Assembly: GCA_963708135.1 (NCBI GenBank)
Contig: OY970192.1
Span: 4,896,001 to 4,960,000, forward strand
Length of the DNA: 64,000 bases
Source: an uncultured Gemmatimonadales bacterium
GTDB taxonomy: Bacteria; Gemmatimonadota; Gemmatimonadetes; Longimicrobiales; RSA9
Reading direction: 5' to 3'
Part shown: in pieces, positions 11,092 to 19,966 of the stretch
Layout of the letters: each line of letters begins with the position of its first letter
How positions within the stretch are numbered: position 1 is the stretch's first letter
Position numbers and translations under genes: made by a program
Notes under the pieces: model-generated
The model's database searches: none
What the model saw: the letters and a program-made list of their open reading frames with translations, nothing else
Told to the model about the DNA's origin: nothing

Positions 11092-12237
11092 TCAGCCCGC
11101 AACGAGCACATCCTCCTCCACGCGGAACGGCAGCCGCAGCCGCACCTCGGTGATCCCGTGCTCGCGGCGCGCCGGCTCGACGGCGGCCGCGTCGCCGTAC
11201 AGCGTGGCGAGGCGGCTGCGGGTGTTGCGCATGCCGAGGCCTTCCCTGGCACCCGCGCGCGGCCCCGGGCCGCTGTCGCGCACGGCGATCTCGAGGGAGC
11301 CGCCGGCCACGTACGCCTCCACCTCGACGCGCGCTTCGCCGCGCGTGGCCTCGACGCCGTGGCGGATCGCGTTCTCCACCAGCGGCTGGAGGATGAAGGC
11401 GGGCACGAGCGCGCCCGCCGCCTCCGGCGCCACCTCCACGCGCGTGGCCAGGCGCGGGCCGAAGCGGGTCCGCTCCACCTCCAGGTAGAGGTTCAGCAGC
11501 TCGATCTCCTCCGTCAGCGGCAGCTCCGGCTCGAGGGTCTCGTCGAGCGTGCGGCGCAGCAGCGCGCCGAGCCGCGCGAGCATCGCGACTGCCGCCTCGC
11601 TCTCGCCGCGGCCCGCCAGCGCCGACACGCCGTTCAGGGCGTTGAAGAGGAAGTGCGGGTTCAGCTCCATGCGCAGCGCCTCGAGGCGCGCCTCCGTCAT
11701 CTGCGCCTCCAGCCGCGCCCGCTCCGCCTCGAGCTGCACCGTGCGCAGCTCCAGCCGGCGCGTCTCCTCCTGCTCGTCCCGCAGGCGCCGCCGCGACGCG
11801 TACGTGCCGTACGCCGCCGCGATCGCCCAGTAGGTGACCAGGTCGGTGAAGAAGTAGCCCACGAGAAGCCCGCGCAGCGTCGTGCCATAGCTCTGGAAGC
11901 GGCTCGCGGAGCCCGCCCACACGACGAGGGCCGACGTGACCAGGTGCGCCACCGAGGCCAGGATCGAGGCGACGCCGTTCGCGGCGAGGAACGTCGCGCG
12001 TCCGGCCCCGCGCCGTGACAGCCGCGCGTTCAGCGCCACCGGGACCGGCGCGAGCAGCGACCAGAGCAGCCACCACGGCAGGTTCGTCACCGCGGCGCGG
12101 ACCCAGCCGAAGCCCGGGTCCGATGCGGGCGCGACCACGACCGCCTTGATGGTCTCGAGGCCGCCGAGTACCACGCCGATGAGGAGCGCCCAGGCGGTGA
12201 AGCGGGGCCAGTCTCGGTCGGGCTCGGCTGCGGGCAT
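11092..12237 (-). CDS. LytS-type membrane sensor histidine kinase
   Basis: LRMELNPHFLFNALN, LQPLVENAIRHG, DSGPG, GLGMRN. Confidence 0.92.
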   Translation of the reverse strand: MPAAEPDRDWPRFTAWALLIGVVLGGLETIKAVVVAPASDPGFGWVRAAVTNLPWWLLWSLLAPVPVALNARLSRRGAGRATFLAANGVASILASVAHLVTSALVVWAGSASRFQSYGTTLRGLLVGYFFTDLVTYWAIAAAYGTYASRRRLRDEQEETRRLELRTVQLEAERARLEAQMTEARLEALRMELNPHFLFNALNGVSALAGRGESEAAVAMLARLGALLRRTLDETLEPELPLTEEIELLNLYLEVERTRFGPRLATRVEVAPEAAGALVPAFILQPLVENAIRHGVEATRGEARVEVEAYVAGGSLEIAVRDSGPGPRAGAREGLGMRNTRSRLATLYGDAAAVEPARREHGITEVRLRLPFRVEEDVLVAG

Positions 12238-12299
12238 GACGGCTCACCGGTTTGCGGAGGAGGGCCGGACGGGTCGCCCCCGTCCGGCCCAACGTGGCG

Positions 12300-12917
12300 C
12301 TAGCGCCGCGGCGAAAGCAAGATCGTCGTCACGTTCTCGCTCCAGTACGCCGGGTTGTTCGGATCCTGCGCATCGGCCGTGAGCTGGTACGTCTCGCTGA
12401 GGTGCAGCGGCGTGCCATCGACGCCCTCGATCCAACCGCCCCAGTGTGCCGCGAAGCTCGCGTTCGAGAACGTCTGCGTCTGCTGCACCGTTCCCTCCGC
12501 GATCCTGGTCGGCCCCAGCAGGAACGCGCACGTGAGGTCGTCCAGGGAGCTGGCGTGGTAGACGGCGACGCGCGCGTCGTCGTCCTGGATCCGGACCAGC
12601 CGCTGCGCGATCGCGGACCGCGTCGTGATGGCCGTGCGGGCGCCCACGTTGTAGTCCCCCGTGAGGCAGAGGTCCGAGGGCGCGTGCACGCTCAGAAGCT
12701 GCCGCGCGGCGTCGAAGTTGAAGAAGATCGTCTGCGTCGAGTCGATCACGATCATCGCGCCCTGGGACTGCGGCGGCGTGACGACGTCGCCTCGCGGCGA
12801 CGACGCCGCGGCCGGCGTCAGCGGCCCTTCCCGCTCACACGCGCCCAGCGCACCCAGCACCGCCAGCGCCCCCAGCACGCCGAGCGCCGTTGCCGGCCAT
12901 CCGGCTCCGCATCGCAT
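12300..12917 (-). CDS. Hypothetical lipoprotein
   Basis: GGAGG RBS, hydrophobic signal ending in LGAC, then a non-repetitive, protein-like sequence. Confidence 0.7.
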   Translation of the reverse strand: MRCGAGWPATALGVLGALAVLGALGACEREGPLTPAAASSPRGDVVTPPQSQGAMIVIDSTQTIFFNFDAARQLLSVHAPSDLCLTGDYNVGARTAITTRSAIAQRLVRIQDDDARVAVYHASSLDDLTCAFLLGPTRIAEGTVQQTQTFSNASFAAHWGGWIEGVDGTPLHLSETYQLTADAQDPNNPAYWSENVTTILLSPRR

Positions 12918-13218
12918 GGCACCCTCCTCCACTCTCGTTCCCGGCCGCGGGCGAGTCCCGCCGGCCACGGCCTCCAGCATGCCGCCGAGCAGCCGTGGAT
13001 CGAGCGGCGGCGACGCGAGCCGCAGCCGCGCGGGATGAGCCGCGGCCGTGAGGGCCGAGACGGCGCGAGCAGGGGCCGCCTCGGGCCGCCAGCGGAGCGG
13101 GTCGGCTCCCTGTCGCGGGCTGGCGGGGCAGGGCCTCCAGCACTCGGTGGTGGGACCTCGAGGGGCAGCTCCGGCAGCGTCGTGCAGCTTCGCGTCGGCC
13201 TCCACGCGGACCGGGACG

Positions 13219-13494
13219 GAGGGAGTCGGCGCATCCCGCCATGGACGCGCCCCATCCAGCGAGCGATCGTCGGACCAGGAGGGAGAGAGGGTCGGCGCAT
13301 CCCGCCATGGACGCGCCCCATCCAGCGAGCGATCGTCGGACCAGGAGGGAGAGAGGGTCGGCGCATCCCGCCATGGACGCGCTCCGTCCAGCGAGCGATC
13401 GTCGGACCAGGAGGCAGAGGGAGTCGGCGCATCCCGCCATGGACGCGCCCCCATCCAGCGAGCGATCGTCGGACCAGGAGGCAGAGGGAGTCGG
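13219..13494. repeat. Four tandem copies of a 66-bp unit
   Basis: GTCGG anchor at 13225, 13291, 13357, 13423 and 13490; copies nearly identical. Confidence 0.92.
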
Positions 13495-13560
13495 AACCCC
13501 CCGCCGCGGAAGCGACCCCCGGGACCGATCGTGGGAGCCCCCGGCGGCGGGGGAGCGGGC

Positions 13561-13740
13561 CGCCGCAACCCGCCACTCGGGGCCGATCGGCAAACGAGTG
13601 GCGGCTTTGGACGCCCGCACGAGCTTGCGTCGCCGCTCGATCTCCGGTGCCGCGACGAGTGGCGGGTGCCGCAAGCCAGGCGTGCAGAACCCGGCCGCCG
13701 CTCGCGCCAGTGCGGCGAGTGGCGAGTTGTGATCCCGGCG
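13561..13740 (+). repeat. Palindromic ~170-bp unit (diverged copy of the core of the 229-bp repeat)
   Basis: About 138/180 ungapped identities to 14863-15042 by manual count; CGAGTG motifs at 13595, 13656 and 13716. Confidence 0.85.
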
Positions 13741-13845
13741 GCGGTGGACCGCGCGCCATGGGTGGACCACGCGCCGCGGTGCCCTGGGTTGCCACGTCGA
13801 GCCTTGCGCGCCACGCCCCCGGAGCTGGAGAGCGAATCGTGCACG

Positions 13846-14772
13846 ATGCGCCGTGAAGTCGAAGTCAGGATCGCCGCGGTGGCCGCGGGCCAGCACGGCG
13901 TGGTTACGCGCGGGCAGCTGCTCGAGGCGGGGCTGTCACGCGCGGGGATCGCGCACCGCCTGGACGCGGGGTCGATCCGGCGGCTGCATCGCGGCGTGTT
14001 CCTGGTGGGGCCGCTGCTCGCCCCGCACACGGCGGAGATGGCCGCGGTGCTGGCGAGCGGCGGCCACGGGCTGGTCAGCCACACGAGCGCAGCGTCGCTC
14101 TGGGCACTTGGTGCCGCGCGCGCGGCGGGTGAGCCGGTTGAGATCGTGCGAGCCGGCACGAGCCGCGCGTGCCACCCCGGCATCCGGGTGCATCGCACCG
14201 CGGGGCTGGAGGCGGAGGACCGCGCGGTGGTCAACGCGATCCCGGTCACCGCGCCCGTGCGGACCCTGGTGGACCTGGCGGGGGTGGTCGGCAGCGGGGA
14301 GCTGGAGCGGGCCGTGGCGCGCGCGGAGCGGGAGGGCCTCGTCACCCGCGAGGCGCTGCTGGCGCGGGTGGCGCGGAGCGGAGGCCGGCGCGGCATCGTC
14401 GCACTTCGTCGCCTGCTCGGCATACCCGGCGGACCGGCGCTCACGCGCTCGGAGGCGGAGGCGGCCTTCCTCGCCCTGGTCCGTGAGGCAGGGCTTCCGG
14501 CGCCGGAGGCGAACGCCCCATTCGGCCGATACGAGCTCGACTTCCTGTGGCGCGCCGAAGGAGTCGCGGTGGAGGTGGACGGGTTCCGGAGCCATTCGAC
14601 ACGGCCGCGCTTCGAGGGCGACCGGCGCAAGGACGCGCGGCTGCTGGCCGCCGGAATCAAGGTCCTGCGCGTCACGTGGCGGCAGATCGCCGACGACGCG
14701 GTGGCCACCGCGGTCCAGGTCGGCCAGGCCCTCGCCCGGGCCGGGGCCGAGCGGGGCGGACGGACCAGGTAG
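13846..14772 (+). CDS. AbiEi-like N-terminal domain plus C-terminal DUF559/Vsr-like endonuclease
   Basis: QHGVVTRGQL, RLHRGVF, SHTSAA, IPVTAPVRTLVDLA, RSEAE, ELDFLW, VEVDGFRSH, DRRKD, VLRVTW. Confidence 0.88.
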   Translation: MRREVEVRIAAVAAGQHGVVTRGQLLEAGLSRAGIAHRLDAGSIRRLHRGVFLVGPLLAPHTAEMAAVLASGGHGLVSHTSAASLWALGAARAAGEPVEIVRAGTSRACHPGIRVHRTAGLEAEDRAVVNAIPVTAPVRTLVDLAGVVGSGELERAVARAEREGLVTREALLARVARSGGRRGIVALRRLLGIPGGPALTRSEAEAAFLALVREAGLPAPEANAPFGRYELDFLWRAEGVAVEVDGFRSHSTRPRFEGDRRKDARLLAAGIKVLRVTWRQIADDAVATAVQVGQALARAGAERGGRTR

Positions 14773-14836
14773 GCGACGCCGGGTCCTCCGTCCTGCCTCC
14801 CGCGACCACGGCAGCGCCGCGCCCCGCGACGGAGGG

Positions 14837-15522
14837 GACCAGCCGGCGTCGGCGGACGCAGTCGGCACAACTCACCACTCGAGACGGATCGGGAAGCGAG
14901 TGATGGGTTCGGACGCCTCCACGAGCCCGAGCCGCCCGTCGATTTCCGGTGTCCGGACGAGTGGCAGCTTGTGCCGGCCAAGCGTGCAGAAACCCGCCGC
15001 CGCATGCGCCAGTGCGACGAGTGGCGCGTTGTGCACCCGGCACACGCGCGCCGCGGGTGGCCCGAGACCAGCCGGCGTCGGCGGACGCAGTCGGCACAAC
15101 TCACCACTCGAGACGGATCGGGAAGCGAGTGATGGGTTCGGACGCCTCCACGAGCCCGAGCCGCCCGTCGATTTCCGGTGTCCGGACGAGTGGCAGCTTG
15201 TGCCGGCCAAGCGTGCAGAAACCCGCCGCCGCATTTGCCGGTGCGACGAGTGGCGAGTTGTGCACCCGGCACACGCGCGCCGCGGGTGGCCCGAGACCAG
15301 CCGGCGTCGGCGGACGCAGTCGGCACAACTCACCACTCGAGACGGATCGGGAAGCGAGTGATGGGTTCGGACGCCTCCACGAGCCCGAGCCGCCCGTCGA
15401 TTTCCGGTGTCCGGACGAGTGGCAGCTTGTGCCGGCCAAGCGTGCAGAAACCCGCCGCCGCATTTGCCGGTGCGACGAGTGGCGAGTTGTGCACCCGGCA
15501 CACGCGCGCCGCGGGTGGCCCG
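14837..15522 (+). repeat. Three near-identical tandem copies of a 229-bp unit, each containing a ~170-bp core with 17-bp inverted ends
   Basis: GACC anchors at 14837, 15066 and 15295; arms GCACAACTCACCACTCG and CGAGTGGCG[A/C]GTTGTGC. Confidence 0.93.
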
Positions 15523-15549
15523 CGCACTGCCCGCAGGCGCGGGTTGGTC

Positions 15550-15690
15550 CGCCGCCTGCACCGGGGCGTGTTCCGCCGCCTGCGCCGCGGCGTGTTCCGC
15601 CGCCTGCGCCGCGGCGTGTTCCGCCGCCTGCACCGGGGCGTGTTCCGCCGCCTGCACCGGGGCGTGTTCCGCCGCCTGCGCCGCGGCGTC
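15550..15690 (+). repeat. Six tandem 24-bp units encoding RRL[H/R]RGVF
   Basis: Unit CGCCGCCTGC[A/G]CCG[G/C]GGCGTGTTC; the same peptide is encoded at 13978-14001 in the AbiEi-like gene. Confidence 0.88.
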
Positions 15691-15699
15691 GGGCGGCCC

Positions 15700-16005
15700 C
15701 TACGGCAGTTTTGCGGCCAGGACCTCCACCTTCCGGATGTCGGGATCCTCGGCGAGCAACTCCGGCGCCTTCTCCATCAGGGCGCCGGCGATGCGCCCCG
15801 CCAGGTGCGCCTCGCGGCCGGCATCGTCGGCGAAGGTGTCGAAGATGCCGAAGGTCGCCTCGTCGAGGCGGAGGGCGAACCAGGTCGTCGTCGCCTGCTC
15901 ATCGCGCGCCAGCGGGAGCGCGCCGCGCAGGAAGGCCCCGAGCTCCTGTTCCTTGCCGCTCCGGGCCTTCAGCAGGGCGAGCAGTGCGAGATTGGCTTCG
16001 GCCAT
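15700..16005 (-). CDS. Antibiotic biosynthesis monooxygenase (ABM) family protein
   Basis: LKARSGKEQEL...TTTWFALRL...FGIFDTFADDAGREAHLAG; GGAGG RBS. Confidence 0.85.
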   Translation of the reverse strand: MAEANLALLALLKARSGKEQELGAFLRGALPLARDEQATTTWFALRLDEATFGIFDTFADDAGREAHLAGRIAGALMEKAPELLAEDPDIRKVEVLAAKLP

Positions 16006-16183
16006 GGTGGGTGCCTCCTCGGATCGAGTTTCCGGAACACGTTGCCGCGGAACGGTTTCCGCGCGGGCGGGCCGGTGGCGCGGAAGGCGACGGCGCCCCG
16101 CGCCTGCCCGTCCGGCCAAGGCTCGCGGCGCCGCGCCGGTTCCCGGCTTCCTCGCTCGCACGGCCGCGGATGCCCCGCGGGGG

Positions 16184-16220
16184 CGCCGCGTGCCCATCTC
16201 CCCTGAACCGGCCGCCCCGG
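16184..16220 (+). repeat. 37-bp exact direct repeat, copy 1
   Basis: CGCCGCGTGCCCATCTCCCCTGAACCGGCCGCCCCGG, identical at 19967-20003. Confidence 0.9.
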
Positions 16221-16385
16221 GCCGCGTCACGACGGCGGCGAAGCCCTGGTCCGGCAGGGCCGGCGGAAGGAGGCAGCCAGCCGACGAGCGCGCCGCCGCG
16301 GCGGTGGCGCGGGTGGCGCCCAGCCACGGGATCGCGGTGGAGCCGTTCCGCCCGCGCCGGCGTCGCGGTATCTTCACCGGAACGT

Positions 16386-16436
16386 GGCGATGGAGTTCGC
16401 CCTGAACCACCGCGACACGCGCGGTTGATGACTCCT
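16386..16436 (+). ncRNA. Fluoride riboswitch (crcB motif)
   Basis: GGCGAUGGAGUUCGCC-CUGAACC-ACCGCG...CGCGGU-UGAUGACUCCU. P1 is GGCGA/UCGCC, the pseudoknot is GGAGU/ACUCC, and the conserved UGAUGAC is present. Putative -10 TATCTT at 16369-16374. Confidence 0.88.
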
Positions 16437-16469
16437 GTTCGGCCAAACGGCCGGGCGGGAGTTCTTCGT
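16431..16469 (+). terminator. Riboswitch expression-platform hairpin (putative intrinsic terminator)
   Basis: 14-bp stem ACUCCUGUUCGGCC/GGCCGGGCGGGAGU with loop AAAC and a short U-rich tail; it uses the pseudoknot strand ACUCC. Confidence 0.7.
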
Positions 16470-16493
16470 GCTCCCCCCGCGGAAAGGAGTGCG

Positions 16494-18242
16494 ATGCCAG
16501 CGGAGCGCGAGGGTCCTCCCTCCGCGGCCGTGTCTGCCGGCCCCACGGCGGCGGACCCGCTCGAGCGCCTCGCCGACCTGGCCGATGCACTGGGCGCCGG
16601 CCGGGCGGCCCGGGAGGCGCGGGCGCTCGCGGAGCGCGTGGCGGAAGGCCGCTTCAACGTCGCCTGCGTGGGGCAGTTCAAGCGGGGCAAGTCCACGCTG
16701 CTGAACGCCCTCGTGGGCCGGTCCGTCCTCCCCACCGGCGTCATCCCGGTGACCGCGACGCCGACGATCCTGCGCTGGGGGCCGAAGCCGGCCGCGCTCG
16801 TGCGCCTTGCGGACGGCGAGACCCGGCGCATCGAGCTCGGTGCGGTGGCGGATTACGTCACGGAGGAGCGTAACCCGGCGAACGCCAGGGGCGTGGACGC
16901 GGTGGAGATGCTGCTGCCCGCGCCCCTCCTTTATGGCGGGCTGTGCCTCGTGGATACGCCCGGGCTGGGCTCGGTCTTCGACGTGGCCACGGGCGCCACC
17001 CACGCCTTCGTGCCGCACATCGACGCGGCGCTGCTCGTGCTCGGCGCGGATCCGCCGATCTCCGCGGACGAGGCCGAGCTCGCCGCCGCCGTGAGCGCGC
17101 AGGTGCCGGATGTGATCGTACTCCTGGCCAAGGCGGACCGGGTCCCCGCCGCCGAGCGCGCGGAGGCGGCCCGCTTCGCGGCGCGCGTGCTGGAGGAGCG
17201 CACCGGCCGCGCGCCGGGGCCGATCCTGGAGGTCAGCTCCACCGAAGCCCTGGCTGGTGAGCGCACGCGCGACTGGGGCCGGTTGGTCGAACGGCTGCAC
17301 GCGCTGTCGGCGCGGTCGGGCCGCGCGCTCGTCCGCGCCGCGCGGGAGCGGGCCGTCCGGCGGCTCGGCGCGCAGCTGCTCTCCCTGGCCGCCGAGGAGC
17401 GGAGCCTGCTGGCCGCCAGCGCGGACGAGCGCGAGCGCCGGCTCGAGGCGCTGCGCCGGTCGGAGGGCGCCCTCGAGGAGCGGCTGCGCTACCTGAGCCG
17501 GATGCTCGCGGAGGAGGAGGAGCGGCTCGCCGACGCGTTCCGCGGGCGGGGGCAGCGGTTCCTGGCGGAGAGCCTCCCGCCCGCCGTCGATGAGCTGGCG
17601 CGCGCGCTGGGGGACGAGCGCACGCGGGGCCCCGCCTTCCGCCGGCGCGCCGCGGAGCTCGCGCGCGACGTGGCCCGACGCCGCATCGAGCCGTGGCTGG
17701 CCCGGGAGGAGGCGGCGGCGGACGAGGCGTACGGCGAGGTGGCCGCGCGTCTCGTGGACAGAGCCAACGGCTTCCTGGATGAGCTCGCCGCGTCTGAGCG
17801 GACGGGACTCCGCGCGCTGCCGCACGCGCTCGGGCCCGAGCCCGCGCTCCGGGGCCGGCGCCGCTTCAGCTTCAACGCCTTCCCCACCCACTTCGTCTCG
17901 CCCGGCCCGCTCCAGTGGCTCTTCGACACGCTCGCCCCGCCGCGCTGGCTGCGCGCGCGCGTCCAACGACAGGCCGCGGAGTTCCTCCAGTGGCTGCTCG
18001 AGGCCAACGCCGTGCGCGTGCGGAGCGATCTCGCCGAGCGCGTGGCCGGGAGCCGGCGCGCCCTCGAGGGAGAGATCCGCGCGATCCTGGAGGACGCGCG
18101 CGCCTGGACGGGGGCGGCGATCGAACGCGCGCAGGCGCTCCACGCCGCCGGCCTCGAGGCGACGCGGCCCGAGCTCGCCCGGCTCGAGACCATCGAGGGC
18201 GCGCTCCGCACCGTCACCGGCGAGGTGGCTCGGCCGTCATAG
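16494..18242 (+). CDS. Bacterial dynamin-like GTPase
   Basis: G1 GQFKRGKS, PTGVIPVT, G3 LVDTPG, G4-like AKAD, long helical C-terminus; AAGGAG RBS. Confidence 0.88.
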   Translation: MPAEREGPPSAAVSAGPTAADPLERLADLADALGAGRAAREARALAERVAEGRFNVACVGQFKRGKSTLLNALVGRSVLPTGVIPVTATPTILRWGPKPAALVRLADGETRRIELGAVADYVTEERNPANARGVDAVEMLLPAPLLYGGLCLVDTPGLGSVFDVATGATHAFVPHIDAALLVLGADPPISADEAELAAAVSAQVPDVIVLLAKADRVPAAERAEAARFAARVLEERTGRAPGPILEVSSTEALAGERTRDWGRLVERLHALSARSGRALVRAARERAVRRLGAQLLSLAAEERSLLAASADERERRLEALRRSEGALEERLRYLSRMLAEEEERLADAFRGRGQRFLAESLPPAVDELARALGDERTRGPAFRRRAAELARDVARRRIEPWLAREEAAADEAYGEVAARLVDRANGFLDELAASERTGLRALPHALGPEPALRGRRRFSFNAFPTHFVSPGPLQWLFDTLAPPRWLRARVQRQAAEFLQWLLEANAVRVRSDLAERVAGSRRALEGEIRAILEDARAWTGAAIERAQALHAAGLEATRPELARLETIEGALRTVTGEVARPS

Positions 18243-18250
18243 TGGACCAA

Positions 18251-18418
18251 CTAGTGGACCGTATCCGAAGTAGCGATGGCATTCGCCGGCGGATCGGACG
18301 CGACCCGCCGCGTTGCTCGTCGTCGAAATAGCGCTGCTATTCCTTCCTCCTCGCGCCTTGCGCTTCGCGCCCGCTCCGCCGGCTCGGTGCTCACCGAACT
18401 TCAGATACGGTCCACTAG
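18251..18418. mobile_element. MITE-like element with 21-bp terminal inverted repeats ending in CTAG
   Basis: CTAGTGGACCGTATCCGAAGT ... ACTTCAGATACGGTCCACTAG (1 mismatch); internal hairpin AATAGC-GCT-GCTATT; no transposase. Confidence 0.75.
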
Positions 18419-19794
18419 CCATCGGCCGCGTCGCCGGCGCCGGCGGATCCGCGGCGTGCTCGATCCGAGCCGTCCTCCGCCGTTTCCGGCCCGGCCGCCG
18501 CCCGCTCCGCGGCGCGCCTCGCGACGAGCGCCGCCGCGGCACGCTCTTCGAGGTGCGCCAGGCGCCCCGCGAGCCGGTCGCCAGGTGAGCGCGCCCAGGC
18601 CAGCGGCTCGAGGACCTCGGCCCGGAGCGGCTCCAGCGTGGGGTCCAGGCCGGCGGCGGTGGAGACCGGCAGGACCGCCGGCACCGCGCCCCCCAGCGCG
18701 CGGGCGGCCTCCCCGGCGAGGTACGCGAGGGAACGTTCCAGCTCCGCCTCCGAGAGCAGGTCGGCCTTGCTCAGCAGGAGGCGCCACTCCACACCCGCGG
18801 AGGAGAGCCCCGCGAGCAGGGCGAGGTCCTCCTCGTCCAGCGCGCTCCCGGCCGCCACCAGGACGAGGCCGAGGTCGCACCGGGCCAGCCACGCGAAGGG
18901 GAGGGCCGTGGTGGCCGTGACGCGCGAGGCCACGCCCGGCGTGTCCAGGAACCGGATCCGTGCGGGCGCCGTGGGCACCCATATCTCGAGCGACGCCACG
19001 CCGAGCCGGTTGCCGGGGTTCTCCTCTTCGGCCGCGAAACCCGCCACGGCCTCCAGCGGGTGCCGCTCGGTGCGCCCGCCCGCGAACCGCACCAGCACCC
19101 CGGCCTCGCCCTGCTCGACGCGGAGCGGCAGGGCCGTGACCGGGGTGGCGCCCACCGGCAGGGCCGGGGCGCCCACGAGGGCATTGATGAGGGAGGACTT
19201 CCCGGAGCTCGTCCGGCCGAAGATGCCTACGTCGACCATGGACGAGGTGGCCCGCTCCGCCAGCGCCGCGATCTCGGGGTAGAGCTCGACCAGCTCGTGA
19301 TCGCGCGCCAGGCTGAGAACCGCGCGCAATGTCTCCGCCGTGGGCTCCGGCACCGCCTCGAGACGGGTCTCCAGGTCGCCGTATCCGCTGCCCCGGAGCA
19401 GCTCGCGCGCCGGGGCGAGCCGGGCGCGGAGCTCCGCCGCCACGCGCTTCACCGACTCGGCCGAGGCGGCATCCAGCGCGCCGTAGCGGCGGAGCGTCGC
19501 CGGCTGGAGCTCCGAGAGCGCGATGTCGATGAACGTCAGCGCGGTGAGCGCGCTCCAGCGGGCGGAGATGGCCGGCTCGGGGAGCGGGATGTCGAGCCGG
19601 CCGAGCGCCTCCAGCAGCGCCGCCCTGAGCTCCGCCACGAAGGCAAGGAGCATCCGCGACTCGTACGCCGAGAGGTCCGCCCGCTCCTTCGAGAAGGCGG
19701 AAAGGTCCTCCCGCGCCAGCCGCGCAATGCCGTCGACGAGCTCGCTCGTGTGCGCGAACGTCGAGGTGACGAAGCGGTTCTGCAATGGATTCAT
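18415..19794 (-). CDS. Second dynamin-like GTPase, possibly truncated at the C-terminus
   Basis: G1 GRTSSGKS, PVGATPVT, FLDTPG, LSKAD. The stop codon lies inside the MITE end and the tail is low-complexity. Confidence 0.8.
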   Translation of the reverse strand: MNPLQNRFVTSTFAHTSELVDGIARLAREDLSAFSKERADLSAYESRMLLAFVAELRAALLEALGRLDIPLPEPAISARWSALTALTFIDIALSELQPATLRRYGALDAASAESVKRVAAELRARLAPARELLRGSGYGDLETRLEAVPEPTAETLRAVLSLARDHELVELYPEIAALAERATSSMVDVGIFGRTSSGKSSLINALVGAPALPVGATPVTALPLRVEQGEAGVLVRFAGGRTERHPLEAVAGFAAEEENPGNRLGVASLEIWVPTAPARIRFLDTPGVASRVTATTALPFAWLARCDLGLVLVAAGSALDEEDLALLAGLSSAGVEWRLLLSKADLLSEAELERSLAYLAGEAARALGGAVPAVLPVSTAAGLDPTLEPLRAEVLEPLAWARSPGDRLAGRLAHLEERAAAALVARRAAERAAAGPETAEDGSDRARRGSAGAGDAADG

Positions 19795-19966
19795 GGGCTG
19801 CCCCCGCGCGCATGATCGTCCCGGCCGCGACGCGAGGCAAGGAGCCGGGATGCGCGCCGCGTCGCCGCCCGCGCGGCCCGGGTGGGCGCGCCCGCGCCGC
19901 TCGCGGGCCCCGCTCGCCTCCCTTGACTCGGTGCCGGCCCGCGGGTAGCGTCGGATCGCGCCGCCA

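Noticed and set aside
13219..15690. CRISPR array
   Set aside because: The units are whole tandem duplications without unique spacers, the short motifs are degenerate, and no cas genes are present.
16184..16220. 37-bp repeat as a second fluoride aptamer (CTCCCCTGAACCG resembles the P1 3' side)
   Set aside because: It lacks the 5' GGNGAUGG strand and the UGAUG pseudoknot segment.
12300..18242. 1008-aa and 1097-aa giant ORFs
   Set aside because: They are upstream extensions through repeats; the real genes start at 12917 (-) and 16494 (+).
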